Origin: an uncultured Prevotella sp.
GTDB lineage: Bacteria; Bacteroidota; Bacteroidia; Bacteroidales; Bacteroidaceae
Assembly (NCBI GenBank): GCA_964554115.1
Contig: CAZKMT010000002.1
Coordinates: 26,629 to 90,628, forward strand
DNA: 64,000 bases
Direction of reading: 5' to 3'
Both the position numbers and the translations under genes were made by a program. Positions 9,864-19,730 of this stretch are shown piece by piece. The notes below the pieces were generated by a model, which made no database searches, had not been told where the DNA came from, and worked only from the letters and a program-made list of their open reading frames with translations. The stretch's first letter is position 1. The number at the start of each line of letters is the position of its first letter.

Positions 9864-10109
9864 ATGGAAAAAGGAGATGAAATAGACCGGATAGTTGAGC
9901 AACGACTGTCGGAACGCCATAACAAACCGGACAACAAGGCATTGACATTGCGCAAGGCCAGAAACGTACTGAACCTTGTTTTCATGCTCGGGGCTGTCGC
10001 AGGCATAACGGTTTATCTCTCAGGAAACCGGACAATGGGAACATACATAGTGCTGGCCGCAATGGTTTTCAAGATAATTGAGGCGGCCATAAGAATATTA
10101 CGACTGTAA
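9864..10109 (+). CDS. Small two-TM hypothetical membrane protein
   Basis: RNVLNLVFMLGA...YIVLAAMVFKIIE; stop abuts the porin ATG (TAAATG). Confidence 0.7.
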   Translation: MEKGDEIDRIVEQRLSERHNKPDNKALTLRKARNVLNLVFMLGAVAGITVYLSGNRTMGTYIVLAAMVFKIIEAAIRILRL

Positions 10110-12455
10110 ATGAAGAGAATCCTCATCGCACTCTTGTGCGTTGCCACTGCCGCCGCAAAGGCCCAGACATACAACGAAATAGACGCCACGGGGCAAATCA
10201 CAGAGCAAGACGAATACAGCAGCAGAAACTTCAACAAGCACAGCAAAGACACAACAACGCACAAGGAAATACCGAGAGGAATATACGTGTGGACCGTGGA
10301 CCGCAGGTTTGGCGACACTACGCCGGCCATTGTGGACACCATGCAACACATGTACATGAACTCCATATTCAACACGGGGCTTTACGGAGAATACAACACG
10401 ACAGGCAACAACTATACGGCAAGGCAAAGCCGCATAGTGATAGACCGCCCGCTGACGGACCAATTCATCTTCACGCAGCCGTACAGTTACATAATCAAGC
10501 AGCCCGACCAACTGCACTTCACCAACACCCTGTCGCCAATAACCAACATATCATACGACAACTGCGGCAACAAGACAAACGGCGAAGACCACATCGACGC
10601 AAAGTTTGCCGTAAACGTCAACAAGAAGTTTGGCTTTGGCTTCGATATCAACTATGCCTACGCACGCGGATATTATGCCAACCAGAGCACATCCCACTTC
10701 GGAACGACGCTCTATGCCTCATATCTTGGCGACCAATACAACATGCACGCCATGTTTTCCACTTATCACCAGAAAGTGGCCGAGAACGGAGGAATAACCG
10801 ATGACAATTACGTAACCCACCCCGAAAGCTTTGACGACAGCTACACTGACAGCGAAATACCGACAATACTGGAGGAGAACTGGAACAGGAACGACAACAT
10901 TCACGTGTTCCTGACGCACAGGTACAGTCTCGGATTCTACCGAATGGAAAAGATGACCGAGGCCGAGATAAAGGCAAGGCAGTTTGCAGCAGAATCGAGA
11001 AAGGGAAAAGAAGAGGAAGAGCGAAATGGCGACATGATGGCACCCATGGGGCGGCTCAACGGCGACATGATGTCCGCCGCCCCGACAGGACGTCCCGAAG
11101 GAGCTGTCATCGCGGGGGATGAGCCCACCGACGCAACGGACGTGCCAATAGACACTACCCGCATCAGCGTGGAGTCTCTGGCGCAGATGGACAGTCTCAG
11201 AGCCGCAAAGCAGCGTCAAGACTCCATCGACGCCACCATGAAGCGTGTGTTTGTGCCCGTAACCAGCTTCATCCACACCATCGACATAAACAAATACGAC
11301 CATATTTACCAGGCATACAGCTCACCCGACGACTATTACGCCAACACATACTACACCAACAACGAGGACATGAGCTATGGCGGCGACTCCATTTATGACC
11401 GCACCAAGCTCCTGTCAGTGAAAAACACTCTGGCAATAGCGTTGCTCGAAGGATTCAACAAATACGCGAAAGCAGGCTTGAAAGTGTTCGCGAGCCACGA
11501 GCTGCGCCGGTTCGACATGCCGGAAACATTCCAAAGCGGCGATTACACACTGGCCCGCATGGCCAGATGGAACGAGAACTCAATAAGCGTTGGCGGGCAG
11601 ATAGTCAAGACACAAGGCAATACCTTGCACTATAACGTCCTGGCCGAGACGTGGATTGCGGGCGAGGATATCGGACAACTGAAAGTAGACTTCAACACTG
11701 ACGTCAACTTCCCGCTCTTCGGCGACACCGTAACCCTGGCCGCAAAGGCTTACTTCTACCTCTTAAACCCCACTTTCTACGAGCGGCGTTACCACTCCAA
11801 GCACTTGTGGTGGGACAATGACTTGAGCAAGGAGACGAGGTTTCGGGTAGAGGGAAGATTCTATTATCCCAAGACAAACACCAGTTTGCGCGTGGCCATA
11901 GAGGAAATAAAGAACTACACTTACTTTGCCATGTCCTACGACGCGACGACTGAAGCCCGAACCAACCTGACGGCAAGGGTAAACCAGCACGGAGGAAACA
12001 TCAACCTGCTCACGGCACAGCTGAAGCAAGATTTCAGGATAGGGATTTTCAACTGGGAAAACATCATAACTTACCAGAACTCGACGGACCAAGAAGTGCT
12101 GCCTGTGCCCGCCATCAACCTGTTCACCAACCTATACATCAGATTCAAAATAGTGAATCAGCTCACCGTTGAGCTTGGGGGCGATGGCTATTTCTTCACC
12201 AAATACTATGCCCCCGACTTCATTCCGCAGCTCAACCAGTTTGCCGTGCAGGAAAACAGCGAAAGCCGCGTGGAACTCGGAGGCTATCCTTTCTTTGATG
12301 TCTACGCCAACTTACACTTGAAGCGCACCCGTTTCTTCGTGATGTACAGCCACGCCACGGCCGGAACCGGCAACAGAATGTATTTCCTCACGCCCCACTA
12401 TCCGATGAACGGGAGCATAATCCGCTTCGGCCTGTCATGGAACTTCTTCAACTAA
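10110..12455 (+). CDS. Putative outer-membrane beta-barrel porin (Bacteroidetes putative porin family)
   Basis: Signal peptide AAAKA|QTY, amphipathic beta-strands, C-terminal RFGLSWNFFN. Confidence 0.85.
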   Translation: MKRILIALLCVATAAAKAQTYNEIDATGQITEQDEYSSRNFNKHSKDTTTHKEIPRGIYVWTVDRRFGDTTPAIVDTMQHMYMNSIFNTGLYGEYNTTGNNYTARQSRIVIDRPLTDQFIFTQPYSYIIKQPDQLHFTNTLSPITNISYDNCGNKTNGEDHIDAKFAVNVNKKFGFGFDINYAYARGYYANQSTSHFGTTLYASYLGDQYNMHAMFSTYHQKVAENGGITDDNYVTHPESFDDSYTDSEIPTILEENWNRNDNIHVFLTHRYSLGFYRMEKMTEAEIKARQFAAESRKGKEEEERNGDMMAPMGRLNGDMMSAAPTGRPEGAVIAGDEPTDATDVPIDTTRISVESLAQMDSLRAAKQRQDSIDATMKRVFVPVTSFIHTIDINKYDHIYQAYSSPDDYYANTYYTNNEDMSYGGDSIYDRTKLLSVKNTLAIALLEGFNKYAKAGLKVFASHELRRFDMPETFQSGDYTLARMARWNENSISVGGQIVKTQGNTLHYNVLAETWIAGEDIGQLKVDFNTDVNFPLFGDTVTLAAKAYFYLLNPTFYERRYHSKHLWWDNDLSKETRFRVEGRFYYPKTNTSLRVAIEEIKNYTYFAMSYDATTEARTNLTARVNQHGGNINLLTAQLKQDFRIGIFNWENIITYQNSTDQEVLPVPAINLFTNLYIRFKIVNQLTVELGGDGYFFTKYYAPDFIPQLNQFAVQENSESRVELGGYPFFDVYANLHLKRTRFFVMYSHATAGTGNRMYFLTPHYPMNGSIIRFGLSWNFFN

Positions 12456-12645
12456 GCCGACACTCGCAGGTCGCGCAATTGCCGGTCTCATTCATTGTCG
12501 ACACTGCCATTTCCACGGAAGAGACATCCGCAAAAACCGTGGTTTCCGCCCATCCATAATAGCAACGGTATGCCGATGCCCAAAAGTTTGCATCGTCCAC
12601 TTGCCGTAAAGCGACTTGCAGAGACCGCAAAAGGAGGGCACACAC

Positions 12646-12694
12646 CAGTGTTCGCTCCTCGCCATACGGCTCATGAAAGCATTTGCGAACACTG
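12646..12694. terminator. Hairpin between convergent porin and GH43 genes
   Basis: CAGTGTTCGC(12646-12655)...GCGAACACTG(12685-12694); no clear U-tract. Confidence 0.35.
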
Positions 12695-12782
12695 ATATGT
12701 GCCCCAATGTCACGCTCCGACCCATTCCCACCTCATCCGAAAGTCTGTCCGGAGAGGCAGAGAACGGTAGGAACACGCTCCA

Positions 12783-14432
12783 CTATTTGGTCAGCCTTAT
12801 CCAATCCACGTCAAGGAAGCCCGACGGAGCTTTTCCGGCCGGCTCTTCGGCCAGGAATCCGAACTTAGCGCCAATCCATTTTCCTTCGCGCATTTGGAAC
12901 TCATCGCCTACCGTCTCAAACTTCTTTCCGTTCTTGCTGTATGCAAAAGACATCTTGGCTCCGTCCTTTACAACAAGCCTAAGATATATTTCCTCATATA
13001 TGGCAGGCTCGTAATCTACCTTGTCTCTGTCCGTGGGAGCCAATTCCGCGAGCACCTTTATTGTCTCCTGACTTCCCTTGTCGGCTTTCAGGCAGGTAAC
13101 TTGCTGAAGCTGGAACTTGTCGCCCACCCTTTTCACCACGAGTGCGCTGTAGTCCATTCCCATCATTATTATGCCGGCAAACTGCCCCTCTGCCTTTGCC
13201 GCAAACGTCATCTTTGCCGTGGCGGTGAATGCGTCTGCCGGTGTCTTTTGCAACAATAGGTTTGGAGCTTCCCACAGATTCACGAAGCCATCGCTCAGCT
13301 TGTTGGTGTAAAGCCGGTAGAATCCGTATGGCGTCGGCTGCCCGAAGCGCGCGTTGTAATTGGAATGCCACTGCCACTGCTTGCCCAGTTCAGGGGTGTT
13401 GAACTCATCGCTCTCCACAGGATTGCACACAGAGTATGTGGTTCCCACGTCCGGCTTCTTATGCCGTATCACCGGACTGCCGCACAAGTCGCCGTCATCG
13501 TCGACGCCAATCACAGGCCAGCCATCGACCCAATTCACCGGCTGCAGATGCACTACGCGCCCATACGCCCCCTTGTCTTGGAAGTGTATGAACCAATCTT
13601 CGCCCTGAGCCGTACGCACCAATCCACCCTGATGAGGGCCATTTATATCGGTATCGCCCTGCGCCATAACCATCTTGCACTCGTAAGGGCCGTAAGGATT
13701 ATCGGCACGCATAGCCAACTGCCATCCCGTAGGCACCCCACCCGCAGGAGCCAGAATCCAATACGTGCCATCAATCTTGTAAAACTTGGGACCCTCCACG
13801 GTACGGTTTTCATTGTTTCCATCAAACACTATCACAGGATTGCTTATCGCCTTGGTGCCATCGGCAGACAGTTCGCACACCGACAGTACGCTCTTGAATC
13901 CCGCACGGCTGCCGGCCCAGGCATGCACAAGATAGCACCTGCCGTCGTCATCCCACAGCGGCGTGGCATCAATCATGCCCTTGCCCTCAATCACCAGCAC
14001 CGGCTCTTCCCACTGACCGGCCGGGTCTTTGGTCTTCACCATGTAAATGCCATAGTCCGGATCGCCCCAATAGATGTAGTATTCACCATTGTGATACCTG
14101 ATGCTCGGAGCCCATACGCCCATGCCATGGGCAGCATTGTCAAACACCTCCTTGGGTTTCAGCTCCTTGAGGGCATGTCCGACAATTTCCCAGTTAACCA
14201 AGTCTTTCGAGTGAAGGACGGGCAATCCGGGGATGCAGTTGAACGAACTCGCCGTAAGATAGAAGTCTGTGCCCGATGCGCCCACACACACATCTGGGTC
14301 GCTATAGTCGGCATTGATGATGGGATTGGTGTAAGTGCCGTCGCCATTGTCCGGACACCACACCTCCGAACGGTATTGCGCCGCGGAAGCCATAGGCAAC
14401 GCAGCCATCAGCAGCAATAGGTGTAATTTCAT
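12783..14432 (-). CDS. Secreted glycoside hydrolase family 43 (beta-xylosidase/arabinofuranosidase-like) with C-terminal beta-sandwich
   Basis: TYTNPIINADYSDPD, WAPSIRYH, IDATPLWDDDG, VEGPKFYK, GPHQG; signal peptide. Confidence 0.93.
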   Translation of the reverse strand: MKLHLLLLMAALPMASAAQYRSEVWCPDNGDGTYTNPIINADYSDPDVCVGASGTDFYLTASSFNCIPGLPVLHSKDLVNWEIVGHALKELKPKEVFDNAAHGMGVWAPSIRYHNGEYYIYWGDPDYGIYMVKTKDPAGQWEEPVLVIEGKGMIDATPLWDDDGRCYLVHAWAGSRAGFKSVLSVCELSADGTKAISNPVIVFDGNNENRTVEGPKFYKIDGTYWILAPAGGVPTGWQLAMRADNPYGPYECKMVMAQGDTDINGPHQGGLVRTAQGEDWFIHFQDKGAYGRVVHLQPVNWVDGWPVIGVDDDGDLCGSPVIRHKKPDVGTTYSVCNPVESDEFNTPELGKQWQWHSNYNARFGQPTPYGFYRLYTNKLSDGFVNLWEAPNLLLQKTPADAFTATAKMTFAAKAEGQFAGIIMMGMDYSALVVKRVGDKFQLQQVTCLKADKGSQETIKVLAELAPTDRDKVDYEPAIYEEIYLRLVVKDGAKMSFAYSKNGKKFETVGDEFQMREGKWIGAKFGFLAEEPAGKAPSGFLDVDWIRLTK

Positions 14433-15493
14433 AATGGTTGTATTTTTAGTTTGTACTTATTGTTGTCAACTTCTATGCGCATCTCTCTCTTCGTCTGCCC
14501 GGAGGCAGGCGACAGAGCCAAGGCCACATGTCCCATGGTCCGGCGAAGGTTCACTTCCACGCACGGATGCAGCCGTGCTTCCCCTCCGTCACCGCAGACA
14601 ATCATCATGTCGATGCCTACCGGGCCTTCATACACGCCCTTACATGCCGAGCCGAGCGCAGCCATCGCCTTGGCTTTGACCTCATCCGCCAGCGTTGTGG
14701 CGACATGCCTGCCTATGATGCCGCGCTTCTCGCTTTCCGTCGCCAGCAGACTGCCGGTGTATGCCTGCCCTGCGGAGCGGAAAACGGAAAGGCCGCAATA
14801 GCTCACGTTTCCCGCGCCATCGCAAAGAAACTCCATTCCAAAGTCCATTGTTTTGCTATAATACGGCTCAACGGTCACGCTCCCCTGCTGCTTTAACATG
14901 TTTTTTATCCATCCGCTAACATTGGATTGGGCGGAATCAGCAGCCCCGATGAAGCGCACGCCACGGCCACTGCAACTCCAAGGAGCCTTTACCACTGCCT
15001 TGGGATTGGCCTCGATGAAGTCAAGCACTTCCGCACAGTCAGACAGACAATAGGCTTCGCCCACCGTACCGGGCAACCTCAAGGCACCCAACAGCGCAGA
15101 GGCAAAGCGCCTGTGCGACATTTCCCTGATGGCGGCAAGAGCGTCTGCGGACGGCAACAGCGATGGATTGACGCCCCCCGAGGCCAGCCTGTGGCGCAAG
15201 GCTCTGTCCCATCCCCACGGCTCTATGCCTGTTATGGGCAGTCCGCGCAGTTCTCTCTCCGTCACAAACAGTGGCATTGCCACATTTGCATCCGCAGAAT
15301 GCCTCAACTCCATTAACCCGCGCTCAGCCGCGTCCACATCGTCAACCAACACAGCATCGCCCTCGCCTGCCCACAACGCGGGCAGAAAGCCCAAGTCATG
15401 CCTGAGCCTCTTGGCAGCGTCAGGCGGGGTGAAGCCCTCCGTATTGGCAGCCAAGGCCATGTCGTGCTCCGGGTTAAATACGTGCAATGTCAT
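14429..15493 (-). CDS. ATP-grasp-like protein of unknown substrate
   Basis: Starts MTLHVFNPEHDMALA; VVKAPWSCSGRGV, VEPYY, PVGIDMM, CVEVNLRRTMG; -7 element at 15526-15533; ATGA overlap with GH43. Confidence 0.72.
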   Translation of the reverse strand: MTLHVFNPEHDMALAANTEGFTPPDAAKRLRHDLGFLPALWAGEGDAVLVDDVDAAERGLMELRHSADANVAMPLFVTERELRGLPITGIEPWGWDRALRHRLASGGVNPSLLPSADALAAIREMSHRRFASALLGALRLPGTVGEAYCLSDCAEVLDFIEANPKAVVKAPWSCSGRGVRFIGAADSAQSNVSGWIKNMLKQQGSVTVEPYYSKTMDFGMEFLCDGAGNVSYCGLSVFRSAGQAYTGSLLATESEKRGIIGRHVATTLADEVKAKAMAALGSACKGVYEGPVGIDMMIVCGDGGEARLHPCVEVNLRRTMGHVALALSPASGQTKREMRIEVDNNKYKLKIQPL

Positions 15494-15725
15494 TCCAAGC
15501 AAACTGTCCGAGACGTTTACGTCTGCAAAATTACACCATTCCATCCAAAAAGCAGACAACGCCACACACATTTTCTGCCGCAACGCCGCGGCACGGCAAC
15601 AGCGCACCAACGTCGGCTCGGGCGAAAGCGGACGTTCGGCGGAAAAGGAATGAATGTCCGCGATGTTCCCGACAAACCGTCCGCACCATTTTCTTGTGCA
15701 TCCGCCCTGCCGTGAAAGCCTGTTG

Positions 15726-15949
15726 TTTTGTAAAGATATTTCGCAGTGCAAACCGTCTTTCCGACGCATTCCCGCAACATCCCGCAAGCATTTGGTTTCC
15801 AGACGGTTTGCGACATGCGCCGTTTCACACCGCGAAATAGCCCGTTTCGGAGGGCGAAACAGGCCGTTTCATGCCGCGAAACGCACCGAATTGCAAGGCA
15901 AAACGGCACGCATGACGCCGCAGGCTCATGCTTTGTAAACATTATTTAC
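15726..15949. repeat. Dispersed ~224-bp intergenic element, copy B (22-bp array at 15812-15921)
   Basis: Reverse complement is collinear with 38393-38615; 21-nt exact terminal match CTGCGAAATATCTTTACAAAA. Confidence 0.85.
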
Positions 15950-16073
15950 CCGAAAAACGCAATTCATTTACATTCCCAATCATTGCTTACAGCCGCACAA
16001 AACACGCCCCGCCGGAAGCGGCGGACGCGCACAGCCAATCGAAAGATGCCGAACGACAGCGCAACGGATGGGG

Positions 16074-17861
16074 TCACAACGGCGCGCAAGCGTCGGCAAG
16101 CCACTGACGGTCGTCCTCGTCAAGCAACGGGGCGAGCCGAGAATATACCGTGCTGTGGTAACCGTCGAGCCATTCGCGCTCCTCGGCGGTGAGCATCCCG
16201 ACGATTATCGGAGCCTTGTCGATGGGGCAGAGCGTGAGAGACTCGAAAGAGAGGAAACGCCCGAACTCGGTTTCCGCATGGGGAACGATGAGCAGGGTGT
16301 TCTCCGTCCGCACGCCGAAACGCCCCGCGAGGTAAATGCCCGGCTCATCGGTGACGGTCATGCCAGCTCGCAACGGCGCCGGCTTCCACTCCATGCGTAT
16401 CTGGTGGGGGCCCTCATGCACATTGAGATATGAGCCAACGCCGTGTCCAGTGCCATGCAGATAGTTCAAGCCCTCGCGCCACAGCGGCTCGCGAGCCAGC
16501 GCGTCTATCTGCGTGCCCGAAGCGCCATCGGGAAACACCGCGCGCTCCAAGGCTATGTGAGCCTTGAGCACGAGGGTGTAGACGCGCCGCTGCTCATCGG
16601 TGACCGGCCCCAGGGCGATGGTGCGCGTTATGTCTGTGGTGCCGTCGAGATACTGTGCGCCACTGTCGATGAGCAACAGTCCCTCGGGACGCAGGGGCAC
16701 ATCGGTGTCATGCGTCGGCTCGTAATGAACTATGGCACCGTGAGCCTGATAGGCGGAAATGGTGTCGAACGACAGGCCGCGGTAGAGCGGCTGAGCGGAG
16801 CGCAGCTCCTCGAGGCGCGCGCTGACGCTAAGCTCGGTCTGTCCGCCGGCCTCGACGGCGGGGCGCAGCCAGTGCAGGAAGCGCACCATGGCCACGCCGT
16901 CGCGGAGCATGGCGCGGCGGAAGCCCTCACGCTCAGTGGCATTCTTCACGGCTTTCATGGCCGGCACGGGCGACGGGCCGTCTATTATCTCCGCCCGTTC
17001 CACCGCCTTGTACAGGGCATGGCAGGTAGTGGCAGAGTCCATCAGTATGTTGTACTCCCCATAACCGCGCAACGCACGGGTCACATCGCCATAAGGAGCG
17101 GCGGCCACGCCGATTGACGAGAGGTAGGCACTGACCGCAGGCGACAGCTTGGCGGTGTCGGCAAAGAGTGTCGTCCGGTCGCCCTCCATGAGCAGGTAGG
17201 CCACGAACACGGGGTTGCAATGCACATCGGAGCCACGCAGGTTGAGCGTCCAGGCAATGTCGTCGAGAGCCGACATCAGCATCCCATAGGCATGGCGGGC
17301 ACGCAAGGCGGCGCGAATGCGCTCCATCTTCGCGGCAGCCGCCTCACCGGCATACTCCAGAGGGTAGAGCTGTATGGATGCCGACGGCAGCGGCGGACGG
17401 TCTGCCCAGATGACCGCGAGGGGGTCGAAGTTAGTGCGGAGCGTGATACCGCCCTGTCCGCGCAGGCCGGCCACGAGTTCCCTGACCGTGGCGGCGGAAG
17501 CCACGGTGCCATCGATGCCCACCTCCGCGCCCTCTATGCGTGACAGTTTGCGGCCGAGCCATTCCACCACTGACGGCGTGCCGTCGAGACCCTCGCGCAT
17601 AAGCTCATAGCCACTGCCGCGCAAGGCTTCCTCGGCGGCAATGAAATAGCGCGAATCCGTCCAAATGGCGGCCTCATCCATGGTGACTACGGCCGTGCCG
17701 GCAGAGCCGTCGAAACCGCTGACATACTCGCGCCCTTTCCAGTGATCGGGCACATACTCCCCACAGTGCGGGTCGGTGCTTGGAAATATGAAAGCGTCGA
17801 GACCCTCGCGGCGCAACGCCTCGCGCAATCCTGCCAATCTGTTGCTTATCGTATCGCTCAT
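16074..17861 (-). CDS. Xaa-Pro aminopeptidase (M24B, aminopeptidase P family)
   Basis: DPHCGEY, SGFDGSAG, WTDSRY, IDSGAQYLDGTTDITRT, HGTGHGVG, VHEGP, DEPGIY; -7 element at 17888-17895. Confidence 0.95.
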   Translation of the reverse strand: MSDTISNRLAGLREALRREGLDAFIFPSTDPHCGEYVPDHWKGREYVSGFDGSAGTAVVTMDEAAIWTDSRYFIAAEEALRGSGYELMREGLDGTPSVVEWLGRKLSRIEGAEVGIDGTVASAATVRELVAGLRGQGGITLRTNFDPLAVIWADRPPLPSASIQLYPLEYAGEAAAAKMERIRAALRARHAYGMLMSALDDIAWTLNLRGSDVHCNPVFVAYLLMEGDRTTLFADTAKLSPAVSAYLSSIGVAAAPYGDVTRALRGYGEYNILMDSATTCHALYKAVERAEIIDGPSPVPAMKAVKNATEREGFRRAMLRDGVAMVRFLHWLRPAVEAGGQTELSVSARLEELRSAQPLYRGLSFDTISAYQAHGAIVHYEPTHDTDVPLRPEGLLLIDSGAQYLDGTTDITRTIALGPVTDEQRRVYTLVLKAHIALERAVFPDGASGTQIDALAREPLWREGLNYLHGTGHGVGSYLNVHEGPHQIRMEWKPAPLRAGMTVTDEPGIYLAGRFGVRTENTLLIVPHAETEFGRFLSFESLTLCPIDKAPIIVGMLTAEEREWLDGYHSTVYSRLAPLLDEDDRQWLADACAPL

Positions 17862-18016
17862 GACTTTAATTTGAAAATTAGACTTCACAAAGGTATTGAT
17901 TTTCAGAATTAATAACAAATTAAAGACAGCATAAACACACGCCATCCGCTTTTTTTTCTTAACTTTGCGCTGGATTTGAGTAATCAGGAACGTTTAATCC
18001 TTATATAAAAACAAAT

Positions 18017-19009
18017 ATGGCATTTTTAACAAACGAGAAATTGACAATCGTCGGCGCAGCCGGCATGATTGGTTCAAACATGGTTCAGACCGCACTAACG
18101 ATGGGACTGACGAGCGACATCTGCCTCTACGATGTGTTCTCGCCCGAAGGCGTGGCCGAGGAAATGCGCCAGAGTGGTTTCGGCGACGTTAAAATCACGG
18201 CCACGACAGACCCCAAGGAAGCATTCACCAACGCAAAGTACATCATATCTTCGGGCGGCGCACCGCGCAAGGCGGGCATGACGCGCGAAGACTTGCTTAA
18301 AGGCAACTGCGAGATTGCCGAGGGCTTGGGCAAGAACATAAAGGAATATTGCCCCGATGTAAAGCATGTCATCATAATCTTCAACCCGGCCGACCTGACA
18401 GGACTGGTAACGCTGCTGTACTCCGGGCTGAAACCCTCGCAGGTGACAACGCTCGCGGCACTCGACTCCACACGCCTGCAAAGCGCGCTGGCCAAGAAGT
18501 TCAACGTGATGCAGAGTGAGGTGAAGGGATGCGCCACCTACGGCGGCCACGGCGAACAGATGGCCGTGTTCGGCTCGCACGTCACCATCGACGGGCGCAA
18601 GCTCACAGACATCATCGGCACCGATGAGTTCAGCGAGGCCGAATGGGAGCAAATGAAGAAAGATGTGACCCAGGGCGGAGCCAAGATAATAGAGCTGCGC
18701 GGACGCTCTTCGTTCCAAAGCCCGGCTTACCTGTCTGTGGAGATGATTCGCGCCGTCATGGGCGGAGAGCCTTTCCGCTACCCGGTGGGAACTTACGTGC
18801 ACACCGACAAATACAGCCACATAATGATGGCCATGGACACCACACTCGACACCAACGGTGCCAACTACGAAGTGCCGCAGGGCACCGCCGAGGAGAACGC
18901 GAAGCTCGATGCAAGCTATGAGCACCTCTGCAAGATGCGCGATGAGCTGGTGACGCTGAACATCGTACCGCCCATCGCTGAGTGGAGCAAGTTCAACCCC
19001 AACCTGTAA
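18017..19009 (+). CDS. mdh: Malate dehydrogenase
   Basis: IVGAAGMIG, PRKAGMTREDLL (MDH-type Arg), LDSTRL, YGGHGE; -7 element TAACTTTG at 17960-17967. Confidence 0.93.
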   Translation: MAFLTNEKLTIVGAAGMIGSNMVQTALTMGLTSDICLYDVFSPEGVAEEMRQSGFGDVKITATTDPKEAFTNAKYIISSGGAPRKAGMTREDLLKGNCEIAEGLGKNIKEYCPDVKHVIIIFNPADLTGLVTLLYSGLKPSQVTTLAALDSTRLQSALAKKFNVMQSEVKGCATYGGHGEQMAVFGSHVTIDGRKLTDIIGTDEFSEAEWEQMKKDVTQGGAKIIELRGRSSFQSPAYLSVEMIRAVMGGEPFRYPVGTYVHTDKYSHIMMAMDTTLDTNGANYEVPQGTAEENAKLDASYEHLCKMRDELVTLNIVPPIAEWSKFNPNL

Positions 19010-19039
19010 TCGACGCGGGAGCGAAATGACACAAACGAC

Positions 19040-19077
19040 AACGGAGCGCGGGCTTTGCCCACGCTCCGTTATTTATT
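19040..19077 (+). terminator. Intrinsic terminator after mdh
   Basis: AACGGAGCG-CGGGC-TTT-GCCCA-CGCTCCGTT then ATTTATT. Confidence 0.75.
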
Positions 19078-19171
19078 CCCGACAAGCGGCAACGATGGTG
19101 CCCCCGCACAGGCCGAAAGAGAAATGACGGGCTCACAACGGAAAAACCGCCGCGCCGCATCGACGACCGCG

Positions 19172-19543
19172 CTACACCTTGGCCATGAAACGCTCGCGGT
19201 CAACGATGAAGCGCAGGTGCGTGCCCTCGCCAATCACCGTGTCGCCCTGCATGGCTATGACATTGAAATACAGCTTGCGGCCATCGACTTTCTCCAATGT
19301 GGCCGTGGCCGACACCGCCGCACCCACCGGCGTGGGCTTCAAGTGGGCCACCTCAATGCGCCCTCCCACCGTAGTGCTGCCTTCGGGCAACTCTGCCGCC
19401 ACGGCAAGCATGGCAGCATTTTCCATCAGTGCCGTCATGGCCGGAGTGGCATATACGGGCATGTCGCCCGAACCCAATGCCACCGCAGTGTCGGAAGCGG
19501 CCACTACGGCACTGCTTGTGTGTCTCAATCCTGATTCTATCAT
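19172..19543 (-). CDS. Hot-dog thioesterase (fluoroacetyl-CoA thioesterase-like)
   Basis: ALGSGDMPVYATPAMTALME, HLKPTPVG, GEGTHLRFIVDRERF; -7 element at 19592-19599. Confidence 0.9.
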   Translation of the reverse strand: MIESGLRHTSSAVVAASDTAVALGSGDMPVYATPAMTALMENAAMLAVAAELPEGSTTVGGRIEVAHLKPTPVGAAVSATATLEKVDGRKLYFNVIAMQGDTVIGEGTHLRFIVDRERFMAKV

Positions 19544-19730
19544 AATGCGTCCTGTGTAATGAAACATGGAGAGCCGATGCCCTCACCATCGCAAAAGTAC
19601 GTATTTCTTTTCAAAAGGACAAGGCGCAAGGGGCAATTTACGGCAAAAATAAACTAATTTTGCACAATGAAACATGAGGGCTGCGGCACTGCGCCGCACC
19701 ACAGACACGACACAGACTGACACAAACATC

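Noticed and set aside
11025-11072. Duplicated NGDMM in the porin's charged insertion
   Set aside because: Small local duplication in a low-complexity loop.
15487-16192. ORFs across the repeat elements (also 8959-9168, 38016-38634, 49251-50098)
   Set aside because: Translations of the repeat give RFA/RNG-type low-complexity peptides with inconsistent frames between copies.
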